DNA of 63,974 bases, counting the filler. It is 10 parts of 10 records of this genome, joined end to end, with 100 filler letters (N's around TTAATTAATTAA, not from the genome) between each part and the next. Parts side by side here need not be neighbours in the genome. Positions count along the whole stretch, not along the records: positions 17,341 to 26,917 come from SRR7504441_163; positions 27,018 to 37,486 come from SRR7504441_164; 8 more parts are not named here. The stretch is one strand, 5' to 3'. Below are positions 20,385 through 32,718 of this stretch, one piece after another. The position numbers were made by a program, and so were the translations under genes. The first letter of the stretch is position 1, and each line of letters begins with the position of its first letter. The notes under the pieces were generated by a model. The model saw only the letters and a list, made by a program, of their open reading frames with translations. It was not told where the DNA came from and searched no databases.

Positions 20385-22872
20385 ATGGGGTTGGGCGGGA
20401 TCTACATCTGGCTCGACCAGATCCGGCCCGGGTACGCAGCCCAGTTCGCCGCGGCGTTCGATCAGCTGGTGCGCCTGCCGCGGACCGGGGGCTCAGCCTG
20501 TGCCGCAGGGGATCGACGAGCCGGCAGACCTGGCGCTGGTTGGGCCAGCAGAAATGACCGAACTGGAGGATGCGCTCCGCCGGACTGGGGCCAAGACGAT
20601 TCACCTCAAGAAGATCCGTCAGGCTATCGACGAAGCAGCCCAGCCCACGAGCCCGCTGCGCCGGAAGGCTGCTGCCAAGCGGGTGGAGAGGTTCTCGGTG
20701 GGGGATAGGGCGGCGGTGGAGGTGCAGCCCGCAGCCTAGCCGTGATGACGAGCCACTGCAGGTGTCGACAGACGCGCTGTTCGATCGTCTGGACGCCAAC
20801 CGCGACGGTGTGATCGACCGTGCGGAGTGGCTGGCCGGCCGGGGTGCCGCGCTGTCCCCGCAAGTTCGCGGATCGCCCGCTGCGCTCCCGCAGGCAGCTG
20901 CCGGGCGGGTGAGCTGACAGCTGGGTGGCAGGTGCCGGCAGAGCTGTCCCCACCAGACCAACTGTGGACTGAAGATGGCGCGTATCTGCACCAGCTTCGG
21001 AACGTCTACGGCAGCTCGCCCGAGCGCAGCCGGTCCCCGGACAGGCTGTCCGAGGAGGCGCAGATCCTTCAGGCGGCCGCATCTGCCGGAGTCGACACGC
21101 ATAACTCCGCGGCGCTAGTCGCTTACGCGGAGGGATGCGCTCGGGCGCTCAGGGCGTCGCGCCCGGCGGCAGGGGACTGGCCGGTCTCGCCGTCGCTACA
21201 GTCCGAGGGCTGGCAGAGCGACACGGCGCGCGTGGGGATGCTCGAGGCGCAAATCGAGGAGATCAAGGCCCGCATGGACAGCCTCGCCGGACTCACAGAC
21301 TCTGTGAGGGGAGGGCGGGTGTCGCAGCTGGGCGACGACCTGTTCAGAGCCACGCAGGCGCTGCAGAGCTCCAAGCTGGACGAGCTCAGGAGCCGGATGC
21401 CGCCCGAGCCGCAGCTGAGTCCGCAGCTCGAGGCTGTCGAAAGGCGAGTCGAACAGCTGAGGGCGCAGATAGGCTCGATTAGCGCCGAGCGGCAGGCCGT
21501 GACGCGAGTGCTGGCCGAGGAGAACCAGTCACTTCGGATTGAGATGGATTCACGCAGGAACGAGCAGGTACGGTCCGAGCGAGACACAGTCGACAAGGTG
21601 TCGCAGCAGGTTGAGAGGCAGCAGGCAATGCTGGCCAGCCTGCAGGCGAGTGCAGTCCAGGACCCGCGCGCCCAGCGTGCCCCAGAGCGGGATCTTCTGG
21701 CGCTCTCGCCCAGCCCCCGCAGGGCAGCCAGTCCCGACGAGCGGCAGCCTAGCCCGCCCTGGTTTCGCGGGCAGCCCGTGGAGAAGATAAGGCCTGCCCG
21801 CGGGCAGAGCGACTCCTCGGGCGGTGCAGACGGTGGGTTTGGGATAGAGCAGTCGCCCAACAACAGTCGGCCCTGGTTCAGAGGTAGCCCACAGCCAATC
21901 GGAGGCGCGGCGGAGGGCAGATCGAGGAGTCCTCTGCAGATTGAGAATGAAGGACTCAAGCGTCAGATCGCGAGGCTGCAAGCGGACTGGAGCACACATC
22001 AGGTCCAGCTGGGGGACAGCGCCGAGAAGGAGCGGCTGCTGCATGAGGCGGACCAGCGGGTGGCGAGCATGCAGGAGCGGCTTGAGGCAGCAGAGGCCCG
22101 GGCAAAGCTGATGCAAGAGCAGCTTGTGGTGGCGTCTGAGATAGAGCAGCAAGGGAGCGTCAAGCCACGCGTGGCGACACACGGGGCGGCGCTGCAGACA
22201 TTCAGGGGGGTGGCTGGGAGCGCGATGGCCGTGCATGCGATAGCGTCGCAGCAGAAGGAGCGGCAGCTGCGTGCAATGAAGCAGGAAGTATCAGATAAAC
22301 AAAAGGTGCTCGAGGACCAGCGGGCCGCCGCACAGAGAACAGAGATGGAGCTCGCGCACATGGCGGCCGAGCGAACCCGGCTGGAGCAGGAGGCCAAGAG
22401 CCTGTTCCCCAAGATATTTGATCCGAACAAGGCGGCCGAGACAGCAGAGGAGGTGGCCTGTCTACCTTTTGAGAGGAGAATCGAGCAGTTTTGCTCGCTC
22501 GCGCCGCAGGAGCAGGCGCAGCTGCTCGGTCACCTGGGGGGCGCATCGCAGCGCAAGCTGCTCGAAGGGATGCCTGACGACGTGCTGCTCAGCATACCGC
22601 TGTTGAAGAAGAGTGAAATGAACAAGGATAAACGGCTCGAGGAAGCACATAAGAGCGAAGTTCGGGCCAAATCGGGCAAAGCGGAGCTTGTGAGGCAAAT
22701 AGAGGCCAAGAATAAGGAGCTGTTCGAGCTCCAGAACTTGATGCTACAAACGCCCAGGAGCGAGCGGAAGGCAGTTAAGGCCAAGATGGTCAAGCTGGAC
22801 GCTGAAGTTGCCGAGTTGAGGGCACGGGTGGACAACCATGTTGATGGCGGGGACTCAAGCGATTTCGAGTAG
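20385..22872 (+). CDS. SAM-like / EF-hand / long coiled-coil protein; multi-exon
   Basis: N-terminal WLDQIRPGYAAQFAAAFDQL/GIDEPADL...IHLKKIRQAI (SAM-like), EF-hand LFDRLDANRDGVIDRAEW, then a long coiled-coil exon. Confidence 0.65.
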
Positions 22873-23310
22873 ATGTGATCATACTACAAGTTTACGCTTA
22901 GACTCTCTCTAAATCCTTGATGTTCAGTTGCATACATGTACGAGTTCCGGAGTTCGTACGAGTCGTTTATTCCAATTAACACGTACGTACCGGTCGGTAC
23001 AATCATGATCATGTACACGACTGTCCGGTGTGATCGTACACGAGCGTCGTCCATGAACAGATTTCCGTCGATTCGCGGGTACATCTTAATACTTACATGA
23101 CTTTGTATACTCCTTCCTTCCTTTTGAGGGAAATGCGGTAACACACCTTCCTTTTGCGTATTCACTGAAAAATTAATTTAATTAAAGGTTCAATTACGGA
23201 ACAGAGGTACATGTACAAGGTTGACGTTTACATGTACTCTTTTCGCTCGCGTCCGAGCAATTCCACCGGTCGTTCCCTTCATGGAGTTTTCGCTCGCGTC
23301 TGAGCTGTAC

Positions 23311-24681
23311 TCACGGTACCGGTGGAGTTGGCAGAATCGGTCCACAATACTCAGGCTCGATTCGCGGTGCCTTGCAATTGCTTTGCTCTGCTAACATCTC
23401 GCTGGCCTCGCGCTGTGCGTGGTGTATTAGATTAAATGGAGGGTTAGAATTGAGACTCCGCTTCCTGCCAGCCCAACCCGTCTGTAAAGCAGTCCCTTGC
23501 TTTGCCTTTAGCGCATCTAGCTCGTGCCTTAGCTGTAAGCACTCCTCTTGCGACGTTACTAGGTCCTTCTCAAGCGCCGCAACGTGCTGATCGGCCTGTG
23601 AACTTGCCTTTTGCATCAGCACATCCACTTTGCTGTTGGAGTTCTCCGGCCCATCAGGACCATCCTTTCCCTCTTCTTTTCCGCTTAGGGTCAGCGGAAT
23701 ATACAAGTTGGTCTCCTCTTTGACCCCTCCCACAGGTGCGCTGACGATGCGTTGGGGAATCGGGCGAATAAGTAAAGCTGGAGGAAGCTTCCCTGTATGC
23801 CCGTCAGCTGGCAGCACAGATGCCCCGGGTCTTAGTGCTACGAATGCGCGCGCTCCGGGCGCTCTGGGCTTGGTAATGGGTGGCATTTGATCCAAATCTG
23901 CTGCACTTGGTTTCAAGGCAATTGGAGTCTCCTTGTGAACAGCTACTCGCCGGGGCTTCGGGCAGATAGGCCGAGCAAAGGACGAAGCTGTGCTTGCCAG
24001 TTGCGCATCGGCTTGGGATGCCGGTTGGCTTTCATAGCACGCTGCTCGGTCATTCCCACCGCCCAGTGCTTGAGGGGCATAAGAGGGCGCATCTCCAGAA
24101 CAGGGTGGCGCCGAGTTCAACAGATTCTGCCTGGTCCGGGGAGGAGCAGGCGGGCCCGAGCTGCCCATCTGCGTGCCCCAGTGACACGCGTACCCGCCGG
24201 GCGTCTGCCTGATCTCGGTGGCTTTGCCCGCGGGGGCACCTGCTGTCTGGCACTTATTCCCCAGCACGTGCACGCCTGCATAGCGATGGCCGCCCACGCC
24301 CCCAGGCAGCCCGCCCCCTGAAGGCTGGCCGCTCAGCTGCCCCCCGCCCCCAAGAGCCGCCGCCGCCGTGGTCGAATCGGAGGGGAGGTAGGCCCGTGCC
24401 GGCACGGGCTCGTATGCAAGGCCAAGAGCGGGCGTCACCTGCGGGCGCAGACGAACGGCCCGCGCCTCAGGATGGCCGTGCAGCATGGAGGAGGCGGCCG
24501 TGAACGACGCGGCAGATGGCACGACTTCCGCCAGTGGTCGCAGCACCGCCTGAATGATGCCGGTCTGTGCCGGCGCTGCCCATGGGACCGTCTGGGGCAA
24601 GATGCTGACCGCCCGCCTCTGGTGCTGCGCGGGCTGCTGGCGAAAATCGACCACCCTGCATGGCGGCTGCCGCCGGTGCAT
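23311..24681 (-). CDS. Hypothetical Pro/Gly-rich protein with C-terminal coiled coil; start and exon structure uncertain
   Basis: Long ORF 23311-24735; coiled coil ALEKDLVTSQEECLQLRHELDALK. Confidence 0.5.
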   Translation of the reverse strand: MHRRQPPCRVVDFRQQPAQHQRRAVSILPQTVPWAAPAQTGIIQAVLRPLAEVVPSAASFTAASSMLHGHPEARAVRLRPQVTPALGLAYEPVPARAYLPSDSTTAAAALGGGGQLSGQPSGGGLPGGVGGHRYAGVHVLGNKCQTAGAPAGKATEIRQTPGGYACHWGTQMGSSGPPAPPRTRQNLLNSAPPCSGDAPSYAPQALGGGNDRAACYESQPASQADAQLASTASSFARPICPKPRRVAVHKETPIALKPSAADLDQMPPITKPRAPGARAFVALRPGASVLPADGHTGKLPPALLIRPIPQRIVSAPVGGVKEETNLYIPLTLSGKEEGKDGPDGPENSNSKVDVLMQKASSQADQHVAALEKDLVTSQEECLQLRHELDALKAKQGTALQTGWAGRKRSLNSNPPFNLIHHAQREASEMLAEQSNCKAPRIEPEYCGPILPTPPVP

Positions 24682-24784
24682 TATCCCGCACCCGCTAAGC
24701 GGTGACGAGGCTACCGGATCCCAACGCCTCGCCAACCGTCAGCTGATCACGGACCGACCAGCCGGCACCAGCCACTCGAGTGGG

Positions 24785-26084
24785 ATGGAAGAGGAGGAAA
24801 GCCCGCTGGCGTGCGCCGACTTCCTGGATCTGGTTCGCACCCTCAGCAGCTCCGTGCTCATTGCTGGCAGATGGACGAGTGCGAGCAAGTTGCCCCTCTG
24901 GCTGCCCCGCTGACCGTGCCCACCACTGCGCTGCCCTGCACCGCGCCGGCTGCACTACCAACGCCGGCAGTGCCAACGCCGGCTGCGCTGCCTGTGCAAA
25001 CGCTGGGCTCTGCGGAGACGCTGCTGGGGCAGTTGCCCGAGCTAGCGGCCCTGCGGCAGCTGCTGGCCCTGTCGCAGCAGGACCAGGCGGCCGCGGAGCT
25101 CCGCGCGGCCGGCGGAGTGGATCGGTTGGTCTGGACGGCCAAGGCGGCGGCCGAGGCGGGCGACGAGGAGCGGGTTCAACTGGCGGGAGCCGTGATCGCC
25201 AACCTGGCCGGCCAGTCTAACCGCGGCCGTCGGACAGCGGTGTATGGGTTTGTGAACGACGTGGAGCTGCAGATCGAGGAGCCGCCGTACGTGGAGGGCG
25301 GGCTCGGCTGGAAGGTGTGGCCGGCGGCCCTGTCGCTCTGCCGGCACCTGGCCGATCGGCCGGAGCTGGTAGCCGGTCGGAGGGTGCTGGAGCTGGCGTG
25401 TGGGCTTGGGGCACCTGGGCTGTTCAGTGCTCTGCAGGGAGCCTCCCAGGTATACCTGACAGAAAACCACCCCAAAATGCTCGAACTTGCCGCGCTCAAC
25501 GCCCAGAAAAACGGCGCAGGCGAACAGTGCCAGACCGTTTACTTAAACTGGAAGGACTTCGCCCCGGCCGCCGAGATGAGTCGAACAGATGTTTACAACC
25601 CGATGGAGGCGGCCGGCGCAGCACAGAACTTGCCGGCCGAACGGTGCGGGCAGCTGCTGCGAATCCCTCAACCGGGTGGGGCGGCCACGGTAGAGCTGGA
25701 GCTGCCGTCTGTGGTGATCGGGTCGGCGATTGTTTACGGTGATCCGGCCGGCTGGCGGGGGATGAGTGGTGGGTAGATCCAGAGCACGGGACTGCGCTGC
25801 CTCACGCTCTCGAGCAAGTGCTCGCTCCAGGCGGCGTGGCGCATCTGGCCAACCACACCGAGCACGAGGGGCACGAGCCATTCCTGCGGGAGATGGAGAG
25901 GGTCGGGTTTGTGGCTGTGTTTGATGCGGTAGAGGAGGTAGAGGACGGGGATAGGACGACTAATGTTAGGGTGAGCTCATACGTGAGGGCAGCGGAGCTC
26001 GATAGCAAGGATGCCGTACTATACAAATCAGATCCACCTGGTAAGTGCAACGAGACGCACGTAGTAAGCAATCATAAATCATGA
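24785..26084 (+). CDS. Seven-beta-strand lysine methyltransferase (Methyltransf_16; METTL21/EEF2KMT-like); multi-exon
   Basis: GLGWKVWPAALSLCRHL...VAGRRVLELACGLGAPGL...VYLTE...LNW...VVIGSAIVY. Confidence 0.85.
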
Positions 26085-26214
26085 CCTACATGTATGCCGA
26101 TACCGTATGATAACTATGATTACCGTATGATTGCAATTGTAAAGCGTATGCACGTGCGGTACACGAGTACAGGATTTAAAATTGTACAACCATTGAGATT
26201 TCTCTACACAAGAC

Positions 26215-26917
26215 TTATGCGTTTGAGACCCCGCTGACATTATCCCATTCCGTCATAAGGTACTGGAAGATTTCAGTGTAGACCTGGCCACCGCCTGCGC
26301 CACGGCTCATCCTGGCTGACAAGCGAACGACCCACCATTCTTGTCTGGATGATACTTGCGCTGAAGCTTGAGGAACGGCAGCTTTAATGCGTCCCGAATC
26401 TGGGGTGTGCACTTCTTCACGCCGTCTCGCCACAGTCCGTACACCTGCCCAAGTATTCATTGCAGCCACCAGCCACCCCCTACCTCCCGGCGAACAGATT
26501 CTTTCATGTTTTCAACTTTTGCCAGAATCGCAGCCTGTCAGCGGCTTAGCCAGATTACGGGGCCGCTTCACACCTCGTCCAAGGGCGGTTCCACAGGTTT
26601 CGTAGTATTTGATTCGCTCTTTTGGCTTACAGGGCTATCGCTGCTGGCTGTCGATGACCCGTCGTGCTCTTTGGACGATTGCGGGCTCTGAGCATTCTTA
26701 TTAGTCTTATTATCCGGAGTGGAAGTCGCTTCCTCCTTAGCTGTTTTGTCAGCGTCAAGCTCGTCCTCCTCCTCCCCACCACTCTCAACCTACAGCGAAG
26801 ACCCGTGAGTCACGCACAGCAAGGCTTGCAGCCACCGCCGCCTCTTCTTCAGTGTCGAGTTGCTTGAACAATTCCTCCATGACCGCGATGGTCAGCCCTC
26901 CCATACCATCGCCAGTC
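26215..26917 (-). CDS. 3' end of a protein with a C-terminal J-like domain; multi-exon; truncated by contig end
   Basis: Spliced reading ...ALKLPFLKLQRKYHPDKNGG/GGQVYTEIFQYLMTEW...; four short introns. Confidence 0.7.
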
Positions 26918-27017
26918 NNNNNNNNNNNNNNNNNNNNNNNNNNNNNNNNNNNNNNNNNNNNTTAATTAATTAANNNNNNNNNNNNNNNNNNNNNNNNNNN
27001 NNNNNNNNNNNNNNNNN
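26918..27017. other. Artificial contig linker
   Basis: 44N-TTAATTAATTAA-44N. Confidence 0.99.
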
Positions 27018-29172
27018 GACGTCGATCAGGCCGTGTGCACCTTCTTCGCGCAAGAGACCATTCCCGCGCCCGAGCCGGCCCCGCTGCAGCCGTCGAGTGG
27101 TCCGGATGTGAACACACACGGCCAGCAGCTGTCCGAAGAAGAGCAGGCAATGCAGGTCAGTAGCCCTGGGGGTACGCTCTGTCCCAGCGGTGCCGGCAAC
27201 GGCTGCAGGACGGGCTAGGCCGTATTAGCTTGCCGGTTCCAGTGGCTGCCGGCTATGCTGGTGGCATGCTGGCTGTCTAGACCGCGGTGTCTGCGTTCGA
27301 TTGGCCAATAGAGCTTGCCGTGGCGATGGCTGACCGCGCGATTGCCTGCAGGAGGCTCTGGCAATGTCGATGGCTGATGCAGGGCAGCAGCCTGTGTCCG
27401 ATGAGGAGCTGGCACGGCGGGGGCTGCTCGCGCATTCGACAGAGGGCAATTCATTCGCACCGCTGCAGAGCAGCGAACCGGAAGAGGAGGAGGTCCCTGA
27501 GGATCAGATACAGCAGGCACTCCAAATGTCGATGCAGCCGGAGCCGATGCAGCTGCCCGACCCGAGCCTGGACGCGGTGTCCCAGTTCCAGGAGATGTGC
27601 GGGGTCAGCGACCCTGAGATGGCACGCAACTGTAAGCGCTGTACCATGGCGGGCTTACGGCTAGGGACAGATCTAGATGCGTTCAGCGGCGATTTGAACG
27701 GGGCCGTATCATCATATATGCAACTGAATGACCAGCCCGTCAGCAGCTCTGCACCAGCGCCAACTGTTCTAGGCGCAGGGTTCGCCACCATGTACAACGA
27801 GACTTACGGGCTGCTGCACCCCCAGGTCAGTGCCGCACTCTAACTGACCAGCCGCAACGGTGCGAGCAGTTTTGGACCGACGACTACGAATCAGCTGTCA
27901 GAAGTGCCCGGATGCGCGGCCGGCTGCTTCTGGTCTACCTGCACGACCCTATCGAGGTCATGCGCGGCGTCGACTGTAATGAGTGCTTGGGATCTTCAGG
28001 GTGCACACTTTTGCAAACATCTGCTCAGCAGAGAGAACGTGTACGAGGCGATCGATCGATACTTCCTGATGTTTGCCTGCCCCACGTCGGAGGGCAGGGC
28101 GCTCGCAGCAAGGCTGTGTCGCGCACTGGGTGTAGCAGGTGGCTCAACTGCCTGTGTTGTTGGCTGAGTCTGACAAACCACGGCAGAGCTGGCCAGCCCA
28201 CACTTGATGGTGATCACACCAACCCAACCCGACCGGGCGATTGCGCTGATCCAAGACGTTTTCTTCTCCACTGACGAACTAGTCTCAGAGCTTGAGCGGG
28301 TGACCGGCCCGATCGCTCCTGGCCAGACTGTGCCTGCAGGTGTGGGGGCTTCACGGGCGGGAGCTCGAAGCTCAGGCTGCCCAATTCGTGAGTCGAGAGT
28401 CGGATCGAATGGTGTGGGCAGATCTGCCGACGCAGCAGCAACTGGTGGGGTCAGGCGAGGGAGATGGACAGACAGGAACAGGACAGCGAGTTTGAGCTGG
28501 CTCTGGCTGCTGACAAGGCACGGGAGCAGCAGCAGCAGGCGGCTTCCAGCAAATCGGGCCATTGATAACCTACTGACAGGTCCAGCAGCTACAAGAACAA
28601 GAAGCTCAGGCAGCCGCATCAGCACAGCAGCAAGCACAGGCGCAGGCAGCGCAAGTTGAGGCTGACAAGCACCAGGCTGTTGTGCAAGCACGGCGAGAGG
28701 TGACGGCACAGCAACCCGTGGCAATTCTTAGTGACTGTTTGGTTGCCACAGGCTTGTGCCAACCTGCCACCAGAGCCTGAAGCTGGAGTGAAACCAGCCT
28801 CCAAAATCAAGTGCTCACTGCCAGATGGATCCAGCGTAACACGACGATTCAATGGCTCCCATAGTGTCCAGGTTCTCTTTTCCAAGTTAATGAGTTGAGC
28901 TCTCTGGTTTTCAGGAAGTATATGATTGGATCTGGGGACAAGACTGTGTAGTGGAGCGCGACGCTTCACATGTAATGGAGCTCATGTGCACATATCCACG
29001 CAAGGTACAGAGAATCATAATTAGAAATCCTGCCTTAGACTGGCACTAAGGCTATGTTTGATGGCAATAGGTGCTCGATCCGAATCTAACCTTGAAGGAG
29101 GCCGACACTTGCCCCCAGGCTGCAATAATTGTTCAGTTCCGGAACGATGAATCGCCAATGCACTCGCCATGA
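27018..29172 (+). CDS. FAF1/FAF2-like UBA-UAS-coiled coil-UBX protein (p97 adaptor); 5' truncated; multi-exon
   Basis: UIM-like EDQIQQALQMSM and UBA-like AVSQFQEMCG. UAS domain FATMYNETYG...RGRLLLVYLHDP. UBX domain SKIKCSLPDGSSVTRRF...TYPRK/VLDPNLTLKEADTCPQAAIIVQ. Confidence 0.82.
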
Positions 29173-29698
29173 AACGGCCAGCGAGTAGCCACCGAGTAGT
29201 AAACAAAACTTAGTACTCGCAATAGCCGGCGAGTACTATTATAGTTGCCTATTGTGGATTTTGAACAAGTTTGCATTTAAACGGCATTAAATTTGTATTA
29301 CATGCATTGCATTGCAAAAAACTTGGCTTTTGTAGACGTCTTAGCTTGCTTGTATATACTATGCTTAATAGTACCGTACTACAATTTATTCCATGTCCTA
29401 GTTATGTATAAAGCCCTAGGAGATTCAATTTTGAAACTGATCGCTAGCAACTCTTGCCAGCCTTGGTGTGATGGTTTCTATCACGCTAAATATCATTGAT
29501 GACCAAGTGACTGCTGGTGTACAGATTGTCATGAAATGTGTTCAAGATACATGTCCTGGTGGCGAATCGACAGCCTGTCCGCTTTCCTCCTTTGTTGGTA
29601 CTCGTGTTTCGATCAGAGGATCGGACTTTTCCACTTTACACCGCATTTGGCTCCCGCCTTCTTCCGTTGAGGCATGTGACTCAACATCTTGGGCTGAG

Positions 29699-30564
29699 AT
29701 GGCCTGGATGCTTGGGGCGGTGCTTGTCTGGGCGGCCGCCTGGTGCGCTGGCAGCGCTGCGGCGCCATCGTGTGGGCGGCTCTCACTGGCCTCTACTCAC
29801 ACCGAAACAACAACACGCTGTACACATTCCAGAGATCAGATCAGCAGTTCTATATTTCGCTTGAAGAGCTGGTGCTGCATGAGCACACTCACTTCTTGAA
29901 CCGTCATTACCTCTTTGGCAAAAAAGTGCCAAAGACTGTCAAAGGCTGGCTCGATGAAGGTTTGGCTGAATATATGGGTGGATTAAATTTCGACCTCGAA
30001 GGTTGCTTCAGTACTCCCCCTCGTGAGAACTACATGAGGAGGGTCTGCGCTCAAAACTTTAGCAGATGGGAATTGAGCAATCTATTGACACGTGAAAAAG
30101 GTTATAGTACGTCAGGCACGTTCAATTACCACCAGGCCTACACATTCATGCATTATTTGATGTCAGCCAAGCGAACCGGACTTCAGAAATTCCTCTCATT
30201 AGCACACCAAGATAAACAGTACAATGCTTCCCGTCTATGTGAGCAAACTGGCCTTTCAATGATGGACTTGCAGCAGCAATGGCATGCACATGTAAAGAAG
30301 ATGTGCACTCATACAGGCACGACCTCTCGGTATACTGCTCAAAGCTTTGTGGGAATCAAAAAGGCTGTTCAAGCATCTCTGAGCCAGTTGAGTGCTGCAC
30401 GTACATGCCCACAAGCAAGAAAGATGTACAACACAAAGAAGTTTGAACATTGTGCAATAGTTGGCCACGGAGCTATTAGTATGGACCTGATTGAAGAGCA
30501 AGATTTAGGTGAGCCTGATGAGGGCACAGGTGCGCAAGTACTTCATGAACTAGGCGTGCAATGA
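29699..30564 (+). CDS. Secreted M9-type (bacterial collagenase-like) zinc metallopeptidase; signal peptide joined out of frame to the catalytic domain
   Basis: Signal peptide MAWMLGAVLVWAAAWCAG from ATG 29699. In another frame: TLYTFQRSDQQFYISLEELVLHEHTHFL...WLDEGLAEYMGG...FNYHQAYTFMHYL (HEXXH at 29878-29892, third ligand E in EGLAE). Confidence 0.75.
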
Positions 30565-30701
30565 GTGCCTACATGTAATGCTCGAGATTGCTATTTGTTT
30601 TAAAATTTGTAAGAAAACGTCGTTCTAAAATGAAACAAATAATTTAATATGAAATGCTTTGATGTACAGTAACTAACATCACCGGCGGGATATACACATT
30701 T

Positions 30702-32640
30702 TTAATCGCAGCAGGTAGAACGGCACCCACTTTCAGCATCATTGTCTATTGAAGGGTCGGCCATGGTTTGTCCCTCCTCTTGTATTTCTCCATGAAGCTC
30801 ACCAGAAGACCGGGCACCTTTTAGGCTCTTCTTTACTTCGTATCCAGCAATGATCATGTCCAATGAACCCTCACGCACCGAAGTGCGCAATGCGCTCATA
30901 AGTGCGGGATAATTAGGCAGACCAGTAACAAATGCCTGTCTCGAGATTGTGTCTTCTGATGGGTTCTCACCAACTATAATCTGGTCAGTTATCAGCTCTT
31001 CGAGTTCATCCAGCACTTCTGTTGCTTTGAAATTGCCAGCAGTCGCCAAGTCCTCGACCAACGCGGCCCTCTCGGCCAGTTTGAGATGGCCCCGCCCGCC
31101 ACGGAGCAGAGGGTTGAGCACCCCGCGCTCGTAGCAGCTGAACACAAGGTGGAGCAACTCTTCAGTTGATCCGTAGCACAGTGTGCAAATCACAAGCATC
31201 AGCTCAGGAAAGCAGACTGCTCCAAAGTGTGAAATCTTGTCAAAGAGGCGCGATGCGGCTACGGCTATCCACCGCGAGACAAGTTTACCGGCTCTGGCCA
31301 TAATAATTTGGAACTGGACTGCAGTGATGCCATGGACTGACTCAGGCGGGATATGCAGGTAGAGAGTGTGCAGCTCAGCTATTGTGAACGTATCTATGTC
31401 CTCGCTGTGCGGGCCGGGCAGGCTCCAACCCTCAAATCTGTCCGCAGTCAGCCCGGCCACCGGCTGGTTACCCGATTGGCCTGTCGAGCTGCTGCCAGCA
31501 CTTGGTCATCTGCTCCCGGTGCAGCTCTACCAGCTCCTCAACCTGCTCAAAGTCGCGCTCGAGCGCCTCCTCGAGCAGCTCCACCCCGTTCTCGGCCGGA
31601 AAGCTTTCGAGGAACCTGAAGAAGTCCCACCAGCTCAGCAGCTCGTGCTCTCCGTTGGACGGGAAAGCTCTCTCAGGGTTGGATTTCTGCAGCTCGACCG
31701 CAAATCGGCAGAGCAAGGCGACCAGCAAGCTGATCAGGATCGGAAGCCCGCCCCCTCGGAAGAAGACCTGCCTCGGGTGGTCAGGCTGTTTCTTAAGTCG
31801 GGGCGCACGTCGAGCACCATCAGGAGAAGTTGGGTGTGCACCTGCCCTACCAGCAGAGTGGGCACGCAACGGGTGGCCACTGTAGGCCAAATCCTGCCAG
31901 GCCGTCACCCAGCCCGACCAGCCCTGGCGCACTCGGGCGGAGCTGAGTCGACCAGCTTCCCGAGCTGCTCGGTGCACAGATGCTTAATCACGTTGCCAAT
32001 AATCACCACTCCGCGGAAAGCCTGCCCAGCGGGTCCCCGCCAGCCCCAGCCCGGCGCACCGGGGCGACCGGCGTGCACAACTCGGCCGGGAGCAGCCGCT
32101 CGAACAGCGCGCAGCTCATCCAGAAGGCTTGCTCCTCCTGTTCGAAGACGCTGCCAGAGCTCAGCCCAAACCGCAGGCACCAGCGCACCAGACCAGCGGG
32201 AGCACCGCCCGCCCAAACTCCTGAGCGTACCCGAGCCGCGGATTCCGGCAGACCATGGCTGCCAGCACTCGACCGGCCACCGCGAGCCGGGTCTGGCCAG
32301 CGGGTTAGCCCGGCAGCGGGGCCCGGACCTGCACTGCGGCCTCCCAGTCGGACCCGAGCACGGCGCCGCATGGGTTGACCATGGCCGCGATCGGGCCGAT
32401 CAACCCGGAGGCTCGGGCCAGGTCTTTATCGATCTGATCGAGCTGGGCCTCGAACCTGCAGGCCTGGGCCTCCTGCAGGTACTCCCGGTAGCTCAGCTTG
32501 GATCGCTCGGCCAGCCCGTGCGCCCCCGACCGGCGGTACCAGGCCTTCTGGTCCGGCAGCACCGCTGGCTTGACCGGCTGCTCCTTGGTCTCAGCCTTGC
32601 TGACCTTCTCGCCCTGGCAGTTCCCCTGACAGGTCCCCAT
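30702..32640 (-). CDS. TBC-domain Rab GTPase-activating protein with C-terminal recoverin/EF-hand-like region; multi-exon
   Basis: QIDKDLAR (IxxDxxR), RNPRLGYAQ (YxQ) and EEQAFW. Later FTIAELHTLY...ASRLFDK...VCFPELMLVICTLCYGSTEELLHLVFSCYE. N-terminus MGTCQGNC. Confidence 0.82.
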
Positions 32641-32718
32641 ACGCGCCCGACCCTGGCACTGCCCGCTCAGAGCGTTCAGTGAGTTCCGTCGGGTGTGGGG
32701 CGGCCGCGGCGCTGTGAA

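Noticed and set aside
22873-23310. Possible MITE or Helitron remnant in an AT-rich, palindrome-rich spacer
   Set aside because: I found no terminal inverted repeats, target duplication or second copy in the window. It is better explained as a convergent terminator region.
29400-29698. Possible extra gene fragment upstream of the M9 peptidase
   Set aside because: Only short ORFs on either strand with no recognisable motif, so I cannot support a call.
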